64,000 nt of DNA. It comes from Podarcis muralis. Taxonomy: Eukaryota. Under the pieces are notes generated by a model. The model saw only the letters and a list, made by a program, of their open reading frames with translations, had not been told where the DNA came from and searched no databases. A program made the translations under genes and the position numbers. The stretch covers positions 77,376,001 through 77,440,000 of the forward strand of contig NC_135656.1 of NCBI RefSeq assembly GCF_964188315.1, given 5' to 3'. Shown here piece by piece: positions 1 to 11,718 of this stretch (position 1 is its first letter; the number at the start of each line of letters is the position of its first letter).

Positions 1-15
1 CCTATTCCATAAAAG

Positions 16-370
16 GGACGCGGGTGGCGCTGTGGGTAAAACCTCAGTGCCTAGGACTTGCCGATCGCATGGTCGGGCGGTTCGAATCCCCGCGGCGGGG
101 TGCGCTCCCGTCGTTTGGTCCCAGTGCCTGCCAACCTAGCAGTTCGAAAGCACCCCCGGGTGCAAGTAGATAAATAGGGACCGCTTACCAGCGGGAAGGT
201 AAACGGCGTTCCGTGTGCTGCACTGGCTCACCAGATGCAGCTTGTCACGCTGGCCACATGACCCGGAAGTGTCTGCGGACAGCGCTGGCTCCCGGCCTAT
301 AGAGTGAGATGAGCGCACAACCCTAGAGTCTGGCAAGACTGGCCCGTACGGGCAGGGGTACCTTTACCTT
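16..370 (+). mobile_element. Sauria SINE (Squam1), subfamily A
   Basis: tRNA-like head with GGTTCGAATCC B box, (ACCTTT)n tail, TSD TATTCCATAAAAG at 3-15 and 371-383. Confidence 0.92.
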
Positions 371-1616
371 TATTCCATAAAAGTACAATATAATGCCTTA
401 ACATGTATAACTTTACTGTGCCTGAAGACTTTGTTATGCTGCGTCCCCCAAATTATTTATTGCTGACATAGATTCACATTAATTGTGGTGGCGTGTGTTT
501 TTTTTGTTTTTTTAAATTAGCCATTAAGTGATATCATTGCAGCAGTAGTATTCACAAGGCCAGATGTGTTGGAAAATAGCAGTAGATGCAGTTAAATATG
601 TACATTCCTGTTGAGAAAATCTTTTGATTCCACCAAGGCTACCTCTGCCTTTTCTCCACCCACAAACATGAACACTACTTAAATGAGCTGCTAGTATGAG
701 TTTCAACTCTGCTTAGTTTATACCAAGGAATAAGTAATGTTAATGAGTTTATATCTGGCATCTGGACAAACCTTTCTTGGGACTTTTAGGTACATCTGAA
801 TGTAGCAGTAACCTGATCTCAGACTTTAACTGTGTAACATACTGCATCTGTGCCATAGAAGAATTGTTCTACGCCTCGTTTAGGGAAAGTGTAACTATAA
901 ACAGTGTGCAGTATTAATGTGCTGGTAGTAATTGAGAAGAACGGATTTGAGACATTAGCAGGAAAGAAGCAATGCTATGATCTAACACACTTAAGCCTCA
1001 TTTATTTCAACAAGATTATTAAGTACATGCTTAAATATATTCCAATGAAATAGTATTTTAAAGTGACTAACTAGAACGTACCCTATGTTACATTGCAAAA
1101 ATAGCACTTTCTTCAGTGAACTAAAATATCCTTGGGCAAAATATAGTGACATGCACTATCCCGTATAGCAAAAAACAAGTGGCTCAGAGTCAGAAAAAGT
1201 ACCATTTGTACTTTTACAAATTATAGGTTATAATTCCAAAATACTTTCTGCAGCCAGACTCATCTAAAAGAGGCACTAAATTGATCCTCTTTCTGCTTTG
1301 CATTCGCTAGCAAATAAAGGTATTTTGAAGTGAAATACACCCTGAACTGGGTGTGGAGAGTGCAGCTGAATGGGACATAGCTGTGGGCGGCCTGAGGAAG
1401 TACCATCCACCTTGGCCCTGCCCATAAAAAGCATGTCTAGAGTGAGAGGCAAATGTGATGTCCCCTGTTCCCAGGAGCTCTTCTCTTTGTGAGACTTATG
1501 TGGGTGAGCTGAGAGTTTGTTTGGACCCTGAGTGAGAACTCAGAGGCTAAGAGGAAGGTGTGCCTGAAGGAAAATGAATTGATATTGATTTTTGTATATT
1601 AATACCTTTATATTAA

Positions 1617-1966
1617 GGGATGCGGGTGGCGCTGTGGGTTAAACCACAGAGCTTAGGACTTGCCGATCAGAAGGTCGGTGGTTCGAATCCCCACGACGGG
1701 GTGAGCTCCCATTGTTCAGTCCCAGCTCCTGCCAACCTAGCAGTTTGAAAGCACACCAAAGTGCAAGTGGATAAATAGGTACCACTCCGGCGGGAAGGTA
1801 AATTGCGTTTCCGTGTGCTGCTCTGGTTCGCCAGAAATGGCTTAGTCATGCTGGCCACATGACCTGGAAGCTGTATGCCGGCTCCCTCGGCCAATAAAGC
1901 GAGATGAGCGCCGCAACCCCAGAGTCGGCCACAACTGGACCTAATGGCCAGGGGTCCCTTTACCTT
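1617..1966 (+). mobile_element. Sauria SINE, subfamily B
   Basis: Same head, body and tail; 14 bp TSD TACCTTTATATTAA at 1603-1616 and 1967-1980. Confidence 0.92.
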
Positions 1967-3303
1967 TACCTTTATATTAATAGTACATTTTTATTTGTAA
2001 CTGTGTATTTTTGTAATATTTTGCTTTTCAGTTTTCTGTACACCACTTAGATATATTTTTAATATATTAAGTAGTATATAAATAAAATAAAAATAAAATA
2101 ATGTTGATGCTGCTGCTGTTGTTAGGTCCACCTATATATTTTTGACAACTGTAAAAATGCAGCCCTGTGCTCTTCTACTCAGCAGTAAGTCCTGTTTAGT
2201 TAAGTGGAATTTACTCCCAGGTAAAGTGAGTGCAGGATTCCAGGATGACAGAGCAATCCTATAAACTACTTTAACTCCAACCAAGGGATGGAGATACATC
2301 ACTTCTATGCTGGTGAAACAACTACCATGCCCTTGACCTACATTCTCAGAAGTAGTCTAGAATTATTATCAAGTAAGCAACCAGCTTTAATCTAAAAGAC
2401 ACAAGCTCACTCTTTTCAGTCTCCTCCATCAATCCAAGGTTTGGGGCAAACTAAAGCCTTTACTCTTAGTGGAAAGATTCGCCCCTTCCAATATCGTGTT
2501 TGCATGTGTATTCCTTCATTTCAGCAGGTATCTTGCTAACTGGTCACAGAGGTCCGCTACAGTTAAATGAGGCAGAAAGGAAGGGCCTGGGTGCAGGTGG
2601 CAAAAGGCAACAGAAAGGTTTGGGCAAATGTGGTAGTTGCCACACACTCATCTAGAGCCCATTTCCACGACCACATTTCTGCATGTGTCCCCTCAGCAAT
2701 TGGGGGAAGCATTTCTGTAGTTCAAAATAGGTGCTGAAAGTAATCTGAAAATGTGGGGTTAAGTTGAAGTTTTCTACCCTGTGAAAGAATGACTGACTTT
2801 CAAGTCAGAATGAGGAAATATTGGTTAAGGAAACAGACAAAATAATGTGGTGTTACCCTGAGGTTTTACTGTGGGGTTGAATCATTTGGAAGACTAGCCT
2901 CAATGTTCTCAGTGGTGACATGTCTTCCCTTAAGCGAGCTGTTTTTATACTGTGCAACTAATTCGCCTTGACTGAACACTTCACTACCGGGCCTCTTAAA
3001 ACAATTGTGTTTCCTGGTAGAGAATTGATGACAAAAGGTGTTTCCAGTAGCTACAGAAAGAGTATTAGGATGGTCCTGCTTTGCAAACTGAAAAGAAAAA
3101 CATGGGGGGGGGGGGAGAAAAAATAAAAAAACTGAAAAGAATAGCAGAATGTGCCACATTTATTTACATTCAAAAATGGATAACTTTCCACATTTTATCA
3201 ATATTCACCTTTAATTGTTCAGAAGTGACATCTAGAATGGTTTACTTAAGTTTATAATTAGGAAAATAGTTCAGCATAGCAACTCCACTTTTTTATATAT
3301 ATC

Positions 3304-3428
3304 AGAGATGGGGAATCTGTGGTCCTCCAGATATTGTTGTATTCCCAACTCCCATCAACTCCAGTCAGCAGGAATGATGGGAGTTTTAGTCCAGCAACAC
3401 CTGCGGGACCACAGATTCCTCAAACTTG
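3304..3428. mobile_element. Short palindromic squamate MITE (hAT-like)
   Basis: Imperfect hairpin ggggaatctgtggtcctccag...gggaccacagattcc; related copies at about 16190, 28572 and 62675. Confidence 0.65.
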
Positions 3429-3599
3429 CTCTGCGTAATAAATCCTTTGATACTTTAACTACTTTTACCTATAAACTTTGCCTTTTCCTTAGTTTGTTAC
3501 ACTTCCTCACATTTTTGTACCTCCTCAGTCAGCAGTGACTTAAAAATAGCCACCATCACCACCACCACAAAATGTGCATACTGCTGGATTGTAAAAGCT

Positions 3600-3820
3600 T
3601 CATAGAATTGTGGAGTTGGAAGGAACCCCAAGGGTCATCTAGTCCAACCCACCTCTCGTGAGAGTCAGTTCCATTGTCAAAACAGCTCTCACTGTCAGAA
3701 AGTTTTTCCTGAGTTCTGTTGAAATTTCCTTTCTTGTAACTTGAATCCATTGGTTCGGGTCTTAGCCTCTGGAGCAGGAGAAAACAAGCTTGCTCCTTCT
3801 TCCATGGGACAGCCATTCAA
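3600..3820 (-). mobile_element. CR1 LINE 3' end (left half of a split copy)
   Basis: Reverse complement of a CR1 3'UTR (gttggactagatgaccc...attctatg); sequence resumes at about 5328. Confidence 0.85.
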
Positions 3821-3976
3821 GACAAGACAGAAGTACCGTTTTGGGGGGACAGGAGGCGGGCGGGTGTGGAGAACTCTCTGGTCCGGAATGGGGTAACTGT
3901 GCCCCTGAAGGACTAGGTGTGCAGCCTGGGAGTCATTTTGGACTCGCAGCTGTCCATGGAGGCGCAGGTCAATTCT
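3821..3976 (+). mobile_element. L2 LINE RT fragment (5' part of an interrupted copy)
   Basis: Aligns by eye to 52645-52800 of the intact L2. Confidence 0.9.
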
Positions 3977-4555
3977 TTGTTAGATCTGTTAGAGCGGAAA
4001 ACACCATGGTGGCTGTCACCCACTGACGCATTTTCACTTAAGTCGACCAAAAAAGTAAGCTGGTTGACATATAGAGAGTTGTTAACAGAAGAAGAAGGTA
4101 AACTCAAACTAAAAGAGTATGATGAGCTGAAAGACTGTCTACAAAGTTGGTTACACCATAGGCAATTAAATGAAATTTTTTAAGGAAGACAATAAAAAGG
4201 GGTTTAGTTATACAATCTCCAGATTTCAAAAAGAAATAGTGGAAGAGAATGTTAAATTGTTTAAAAAAGCATATAGTATTTTATTAGAGTGCGAAACCAA
4301 AGATGAAGAGGTAAAATCAGTTATGATTTAATGGGGTCAGGATGTGGGACACAACATCCAATTTGAAAATTTGAAAGCTGGGAAAAATTATGGAAAGTTG
4401 ATATAAAATACACAGATTGCATACTATTAAGAGAGAATTACATGAAAATGATGTATAGATGGTATATCACACCAGTGAAATGTTTAGGAAAGAAAATAAC
4501 AGATGTTGCAGATGTAAGGAAAAGGAAGGAACACTTTATCATATGTGGTGGGAAT
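3977..4555 (+). mobile_element. Degenerate L1-clade ORF2 C-terminal fragment
   Basis: Translates with frameshifts to ...MMYRWYITPVK...CRCKEKEGTLYHMWWEC, the Cys/His motif of vertebrate L1/Tx1 ORF2; A-rich composition. Confidence 0.75.
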
Positions 4556-4609
4556 GCCGCCCAGAGTGGCTGGGGAAACTCAGTCAGATGAGCGGGGTAT
4601 AAATAATAA

Positions 4610-4654
<45 letters not shown>
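4556..4654 (+). mobile_element. Isolated L2 3' tail (hairpin + AATAAA + (TTA)n)
   Basis: gccgcccagagtggctgggg...ataaataataaa(tta)n matches 53398-53471. Confidence 0.88.
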
Positions 4655-5327
4655 TGTGCAGGGCAGCTGTTTACCAGCTTCATCTGGTACGCAGGCTGAG
4701 ACCTTATCTGTCTGCGGACTGCCTCGCCAGAGTGGTGCATGCTTTGGTTATATCTCGCTTGGACTACTGCAATGCGCTCTATGTGGGGCTACCTTTGAAG
4801 GTGACCTGGAAACTACAACTAATCCAGAATGCGGCTTCTAGACTGGTGACTGGGAGCGGCCTCCGAGACCACATAACACCGGTCTTGAAAGACCTACATT
4901 GGCTCCCAGTACGTTTCTGAGCACAATTCAAAGTCTTGGTGCTCACCTTTAAAGCCCTAAACGGCCTCGGTCCAGTATATCTGAAGGAGCGTCTCCACCC
5001 CCATCATTCTACCTGGACACTGAGGTCCAGTGCTGAGGGCCTTCTGGCGGTTCCCTCACTGCGAGAAGTGAATTTACACGGAACCAGGCAGAGGGCCTTC
5101 TTGGTAGTGGAACCCGCCCTGTGGAACACCCTCCCACCAGATGTCAAAGAGAACAACAACTACCAGACTTTTAGAAGACATGTGAAGGCAGCCCTGTTTA
5201 GGGAAGCTTTTAATGTTTGAAAGCATTACGGTATTTTAATATTTTGTTGGAAGCCACCCAGAGTGGCTGGGGAAGCCCAGCCAGATCGGCGAGGTATAAA
5301 TAATAAATTATTATTGTTGTTATTATT
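4655..5327 (+). mobile_element. L2 LINE 3' part of the interrupted copy, with 3'UTR and tail
   Basis: ISRLDYCNALYVGLP...HWLPVRF; collinear with 52801-53471; one in-frame TGA at 4918-4920. Confidence 0.92.
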
Positions 5328-5697
5328 ATTCAGATATTTGAAGATGGCTATCATATCTCCTTTCAGTCTCCCCTTTTCCAGGCTAAATATACCCAGTTCC
5401 CTCAACTATTCTTCATAAGGCTTGGCTTCCAGACCCTTTTTTATCTTGGTTGCCCTCCTCTGCACACGTTCCAGCTTGTCAATGTCCTTCTTAAACTGTG
5501 GTGCCCAGAACTGGACACAGTACTCTAGCTGTGGTACTATTATTTCCCTTGGATGAGACACTATATTTCTGTTGATACAGCCTAGATTAGCTTTTTTTGC
5601 TGCTGTATCACACTGTTGACCCACTTTAATCTTGTGGTCTACTAAGACCCCTAGATCCTTTTCACACGTACCACTGGCAATCCAGTTGTCCCCATCT
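5328..5697 (-). mobile_element. CR1 LINE RT C-terminal fragment (right half of the split copy)
   Basis: ORF 5406-5717 gives EKDLGVLVD...[28 protein letters not shown], a typical CR1 segment. Confidence 0.9.
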
Positions 5698-7605
5698 GTC
5701 TTCTGTGTAAAAATCATGAAGATCTATATGAATTTTTGTCTCTGACCCATATTTGTGCACCATTTTTGCTGGAAACCTCCAGATCCATGGTGTTTATGGT
5801 TTAGTCAATGGAGTAAGATGTGCCCTGTGATATGATGGTTGGGAGTGGGGGACCAGTGGAAAAAATGTGCAATTTCAAGAGCATCTGGTTTACTGGATCT
5901 GATGTGTATGAGAGCACCCTTCTTTTCATCTTCTGATGAAGGGGGCACTGAATATGCTTTGCAGCGTTGAAGGAAGTCCTCAGGAGTACCATGTTGATCA
6001 AGAGCACCATGCTGGTGACCTGCGAAACGTATTTTATATTTTTAAAAGACATAATGATGCCTGTCCTGCTTTCTAACTTGCATGGAGTGTGGTGAGATGG
6101 ATATTGTGAAGAAGGTATATTGTGAAGAAAGTGTATGATGTGACTCTCTGCATCTCTTAGTCCAGTGGAGGCTTACGGTATTGACTTGGGTATGCTCGCC
6201 CTCCTGTTGAAGCAAGAACATTTGAAAGTCTTATCATGCAAAAAAAAAGTAGCGCCACCAGAACATCTACTATTCCTCTCTCACATGTATCATTTCACAA
6301 GAAACGTTTGATTTGGAAAGTTGAAATTTCCCCAAGGATTTTAAATTCAAAATCATGTTGCATTTACTCAATGACAAGCCGATGCTGACATTTCCTTCTT
6401 AACTTTGTCGGCGTCAAAGAAAACTGTGTACCTTGATCTCCAAATTGCAGACCTAGGCCAGAGCCTTCCTTCCTAAAATGCATGCACAAATTATTTATAG
6501 ATATTAATTTACATTGCATTCTGGTAGGAAAGTGAATTCTACATAAAGAGAGAAAAGGCATTCTTTGTTTTTATTTCCAATAAACATAAAACTATATTTA
6601 CTTGCATCAGGAGCACTTTGTTTTGTTAACCTTTCTCAAGCTGGCAAGCAGCTGCTCTCTTTTAAAAGTGCATGGCTTGGCCACTGCTGATTTACCTTGC
6701 ATAGTAGCTGTAAACTAAGCTGGGGATCACAGTCATTACCAAACGAGTTTTTATAGGAGCTTCCAAATGTTTAATATTCCCTTTTTTCATGAATGGATGT
6801 AATTTAGACATTACATGACCCTATTTCAATATTGCTGCAAATCTCCCAAGTTAGTATGCTGGGAATAATTAAGGCTTGTTGATGTTTTTTCTAAGCACTG
6901 AAGGCGCCACTTAACTTTGGAATTGGCCCAAGTTCTCAGTAAAGGAACACTTCAAAACTTAGTCAGAGTTCAGTCCTCTGAATCAGCAAATCCAAGAATA
7001 TGCCTTATAAAGTTATGCTGGAGGGAGGAGAAAACATATTTAAAAAGTAAAACATTCAGAAAGGTTTTAATGCTTTTCTACATCTACTTTTAATGCTTAT
7101 GTGGAATTAAATCACTGGATGTATTCGTGGTCTCGTTTTGTTTAACGTTTTGTTAGACTCCAGATGGCATAATTTAGTGTTCGGTATTGGTGTTTATTTT
7201 CAAAACTGAAGTCATTTGTTGAAACATGAATCATGCCAGAGATCAGTTGTTTAATAATTGCCTCATCGAGCGGATGTTTACAAAGAAAAGGTGAATCTGA
7301 GGGGGAGTGTTTCACCCTAATTGGAATACGGTCCATATGCCAATATATAAAGTAGATTCTAATTGTTTTTAAGTGTCAATCTTTCACTGTGTGCATATAT
7401 GAAATATACATCAAATTTTATTTTTTAAACATCAGCTATAAACATAATCTTTCCAATAAGGTAAGTGTAAATGAGATGTGAAAATCCATCCGATAACTTT
7501 AATAATGTTAAATGTGTATTGTCCAGCTTACCAAAGAGTAATGCCTTAACTCTACTCGTACCATTATATTTACACCAGATTTATTGTAGTTGTTTTCTTT
7601 TTCAG

Positions 7606-7663
7606 GGCCAAATCTTTTCGTGGGAAAAAGGTCCATGGGGAATATGACATTAAAGTTGAACAG
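7606..7663 (+). CDS. SYN2: Synapsin II coding exon (human exon 2 equivalent), (W)AKSFRGKKVHGEYDIKVEQ
   Basis: Pyrimidine tract + ttcag acceptor, CAG|gtatca donor, 58 nt; translation matches the start of the synapsin C-domain. Confidence 0.93.
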
Positions 7664-7789
7664 GTATCAATTTAAGAATTTCATTTCATTTTTACATACA
7701 CTATTTTTTCCATATTTCTGTTTGTTACTATTTATTTATTTATATATCTATTTATCTATTTACATGATTTGTATACCATCCTTAGCATG

Positions 7790-8530
7790 ATCACAGGGTG
7801 GTTAACAAAATCAAATAAGAATTTTTAAAAATCCATAAATCGCACAATCCTTAAAATATACAACTCAGTTCATAACTGTTCATTGGATAGCAATTGACTA
7901 ATAGCAACAGCAGCAACTAATCCATTCATATGCTCAGGTCTCTCCTTCAAACACCTGCTGAAAAAGGCGCTTCTAACCAGCTGCCTAAACTGCAAAGTGT
8001 TGAGGCTGGACATCTCAGTAGGGAATTCCACATGTGAAGAGCCTCCACTAAAAAGGCCCTTTTCTGGGCCACCACACCATGTACATCATTCTACGATGGG
8101 ACCACCAAGAGGGCCTCATCTACCAATCTTAGAGCATGAGCAGGCTAACATGGAAGAAGTTGGAAGTTGGGCTTGCGGAGGTTTGGGTGCAAGACCGTTA
8201 AGAGCTTTAAATGTCAAAGCAAGCACATTGAGTTGGGCCCAGAAAACAAGTGGCAATCATTTTCACTGTTTTAATATGGGAGTAATATGCTTACAGCCTG
8301 CTGCTCTCACCACCATACTTGCTGCAGCTTTTTGCACTAGTTGCAGTTGCTGCCTTCAGGGACAGCTGCCCATAAAGTGCATAACAGTAGTCCAGTTTGG
8401 AGGTTGCCAGACCATAAATAGCTATGGCCAGGTTATACCTATCTAGATGGGGCCGTAGTATGCTCACCGAGCCAGGGGTAGATGCTCCTAGGCACCAAGG
8501 TCACCTGGCTGGCCTCAAGTGACAATGATG
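7790..8530 (-). mobile_element. Old degenerate L2 3' fragment
   Basis: Reverse strand shows decayed LDYC...LQLVQKAAA...FKAL segments. Confidence 0.6.
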
Positions 8531-9505
8531 GTTCCCAAATTATGCACCTGCTCCTCCAAGGGGAGAGCAAGAAATTCTACTAACTCCCAAACACAGCTCC
8601 TGCCCACCCATGGTGCTTACGTCTTGTCTGGATTCAGCTTCAGTTTTGACCCCTAGTCAGCCCATTGCTACCTCCACTCTGCCTCTCTTGGTACCAATGG
8701 AACAGAGAGACAGAGTTTACTGCAAAAGTCTGATGATTGCTCCCAGTGGTTTCCTAAATAACAACTTGTGTCATGTGTTGTTAAAATACAGTACTCGGTT
8801 TGTTGAAGAAAGAGCACATGAGTATCAATTGGAAATCTGTCAGGACTATAGTGAAATTACACATATACTTTTATATAAAACCAGTATAAATGCAGGCTAC
8901 AGAAACTCTGCACAGCTGGTAGATCCACGACTTTCTTCTGAAGTTGTACAGTGACTAGTATCAGCCTGAAAGTTAGTTATTATAGCAACATATTATAAAA
9001 GGTGCTCAAGAGGAGCCAACACTGATCTCCTATTAATCCAGAATTGTTTTTACCCCAAGTGCACGATAACCATTTCACCTTATTTTTAAACCACACATTT
9101 GTACTTGATATGTGGTAAAAATTCTTCTTATCGTTTGGCAAAATAACAGGATACCCTGGAGACAGAATGATTTGATCAACTGTATTGATTTAAAGATAGT
9201 GTATTTTTCTGGACACATACTGTTTCTGGCTTTCACCTGAAAAATATTTCCAGGAGTGGGATAGGATTCTAAACAGGATTGCTAACTCGTGCCTTAAAAA
9301 AAGAACTCTTGTAGCAACGTCTAGCAACTTCTTCTGGCACACTCCTCAATGAAGGGAGAAGTTTCACATGTCCAAAGTCTTCCTTCCTTCAGATGACAGA
9401 GATAGGAGCATTAACCCTAAGTAGAGTAACAGCTTAATTAAATATGCGAAGAAGAATTTAATCTGACACGATTATGGAGGTTCTTTTTTTTTCTTTTTCT
9501 TACAG

Positions 9506-9597
9506 GCACAGTTTTCAGAGGTCAATTTGATAGCTCATGCTGATGGCAATTATGCTGTTGACATGCAGGCGTTCCGAAATGGCACTAAAGTTGTTAG
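9506..9597 (+). CDS. SYN2: Synapsin II coding exon (exon 3 equivalent), [30 protein letters not shown](R)
   Basis: tttttcttacag acceptor, AG|gtaagt donor, 92 nt; [19 protein letters not shown] is SYN2-like rather than SYN1/SYN3. Confidence 0.95.
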
Positions 9598-9864
9598 GTA
9601 AGTTGTTTTTCCCCCCTCCTCATAAAAACTGAAATTAACTTAAAGCAGCCAAAAACTACCATATTGCTAAAACCAACAATGTTCTTTGGAATTATTAAAT
9701 TAGATCAGCATTTAGCCAGAGGGGAAACTAGGCTTTATTCCACCTTGGTCAAATGACCCTGTTTGCCCTCACCCACCCATGTGCATTTGCTTACACACAC
9801 ACATAGGCTGGCAGCCTCAATAGCACCCCTCTGGAGGCATCATCTGGGGCAGCCAATCAATCAA

Positions 9865-9865
9865 T

Positions 9866-9897
<32 letters not shown>
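9865..9897 (+). repeat. (AAGC)n microsatellite followed by poly-C
   Basis: Directly visible. Confidence 0.9.
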
Positions 9898-9898
<1 letters not shown>

Positions 9899-10194
9899 CC
9901 CCCCCCCCCCCGGTAGCTATGACTGATTTAGCAAACTCTGTTTTTATCGCTTTGTAACTTGTAAAGCAAAATAACAACTCTTAATAGCAATGAGACATAG
10001 CAATGAAATTAGCTTTGGACAAATTTATTTTTCAAATGATAAAAATATTTTCTGAAACTGTTTATTCCTTTGGTTAGGGTATTTGACTCATGTTGCTTGT
10101 TTCTTTAAAGGTGATTTAGTATTTGTGGAAGCTTACCTCCAATACTATTCAAAACCTCCTGTCTTTGCAGAACTGATGATTCATTATAATAAAA

Positions 10195-10345
10195 AAATTC
10201 ATTCCAGTAGCACCTTAGAGACCAACTAAGTTTGTTATTGGTATGAGCTTTCGTGTGCATGCACACTTCTTCAGATACACTGAAACAGAAGTCACCGGAC
10301 CCTTATATATACTACGGCAGACCAACACGGCTACCTACCTGTAAC
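10195..10345. mobile_element. Penelope-like element remnant
   Basis: ccagtagcaccttagagaccaactaag...ttcttcagatac and accaacacggctacc resemble a common reptile Penelope terminus; from recall only. Confidence 0.5.
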
Positions 10346-10493
10346 TACCATTAAAATAAAGTCATATATACTGTACTAAGAAGGGTTTATTAGGTGTTGC
10401 CCCTGTTCCTTTGAAATAAATAGGAGAGGGAAGGAACCCCACAAATAACAAATGGTGCTGTGATGCACCAGTGATTAATACTTACAAAGGGCT

Positions 10494-10564
10494 CATTGCA
10501 GGGAGTTGGACTAGAAGACTCTCGGGAACCCTTCCAACCCTACAGTTTTATGATTCTATGATTC
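10494..10564 (+). mobile_element. CR1-type 3' tail
   Basis: gttggactag...ccttccaacc...(attctatg)n. Confidence 0.75.
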
Positions 10565-10664
10565 ACTGCTCCTGGAGGGATCCCCATACCAGAATCTTAT
10601 TCTTCCCATTATTCTTCCCTTTCCCGCTTGGAGCATACATATCATGATGCCAAGGTATTATTGG

Positions 10665-10761
10665 AAGGCAGTTAGTTCAGCTGGTTAAAGTGTGGTGCTG
10701 ATAATGCCAAGGTTGTGGGTTCAGTTCCCATGTGGGCCAGCTGCATATTCCTGCATTGCAG
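10665..10761 (+). mobile_element. tRNA-derived SINE head fragment
   Basis: Decayed A box (agttcagctggttaaag) and B box (gggttcagttccc), then a body leading to CR1-like tail sequence. Confidence 0.55.
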
Positions 10762-11718
10762 CTTTACATTTCTGTGACATGTGAGCCTCTGTGAACAACA
10801 CTCTGAATAGTGCTTTCATTTCTGCTGCAATGGGACATGGGGAAGCTAGGGCTCTGGCATGACCTGTGTGAATCTTTCCTTGCATCAGGGTTATTTATGC
10901 CTGCAATACAGCTAGACCAAGCTCATAGTAATTCAAAAGGCTAGCAAATATTTCTGCTGATTAAATGTTATATTAAATTACTAAACTGTGCATGAGCTGT
11001 AAATATAATCAGGGAGGAACAATGTATTGATTTATAAAGATATTGCAGAACATATCTAAAAAATGATGGGTGAAAAAGGTTCTATTTTTTTATTTTTAAA
11101 AAAGCTTATTTGAAATTCAGTTGCACTCCCAAGGATTTCTGCTTCAGAATTGATTCACATGCACTTCTGTGGTATAGCTGATGCTTCCATGTGATTGGGA
11201 TCCCATACCATAATTGCAATGTCTGAAATTAGGAAACAAATAGCGGTCATAGAGGATGCGGTTAACTGCCATTTCTGGCATTGTCTTTTTCTAGGGGGCA
11301 GCAGCAGTGAATTATTTTTGGCAGCTGCCCAACTCACCTGGTTTCTCATTCCAGATGTAACTACTCTGATGTGAATTTTTTGAGATCTAGGAAATAGAGT
11401 ACAATAGAGTTGCTTTGCCCATGAATAACAAGAGGAGGGATCAGAGCCATAAGTTTCTTCCTGCACACTGAGAAGTCTAATTGGGAAGCCCATTGCAAAG
11501 GATTGAAATGAAAGCAAGGCATGTCTCTCAATATCACAAATGTTAGAAAATCACTCTATATCATAATTCACTGATTCTCAGCCCACTTGTGCTGGCATCA
11601 GTAACCTGGCAGGAATGTGTGCTGACCTAATAAGAGGGGAAATGACTATATTGCTTGTAAGAGGAGAAAGGGCTCAGTAGCACTCAGATGCTCCAAAAAG
11701 CTACCATATTATAGGGTA

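Noticed and set aside
136-336. Recurrent minus-strand ORFs (also 1667, 16519, 54672, 55701) with similar peptides, suggesting a gene family
   Set aside because: They are antisense translations of Sauria SINE copies.
4438-4841. Poly-Ile and poly-Leu ORFs resembling transmembrane segments (also 33686, 45570)
   Set aside because: Translations of the (TTA)n/(AAT)n tails of L2 elements.
1-7605. Search for SYN2 exon 1, promoter or REST/RE1 site
   Set aside because: No synapsin A/B-domain coding sequence, CpG island or convincing RE1 match; this is intron 1.
10665-10761. tRNA-like sequence considered as a tRNA gene (also 24850-25037)
   Set aside because: Decayed boxes, no complete cloverleaf, continues into SINE body sequence.
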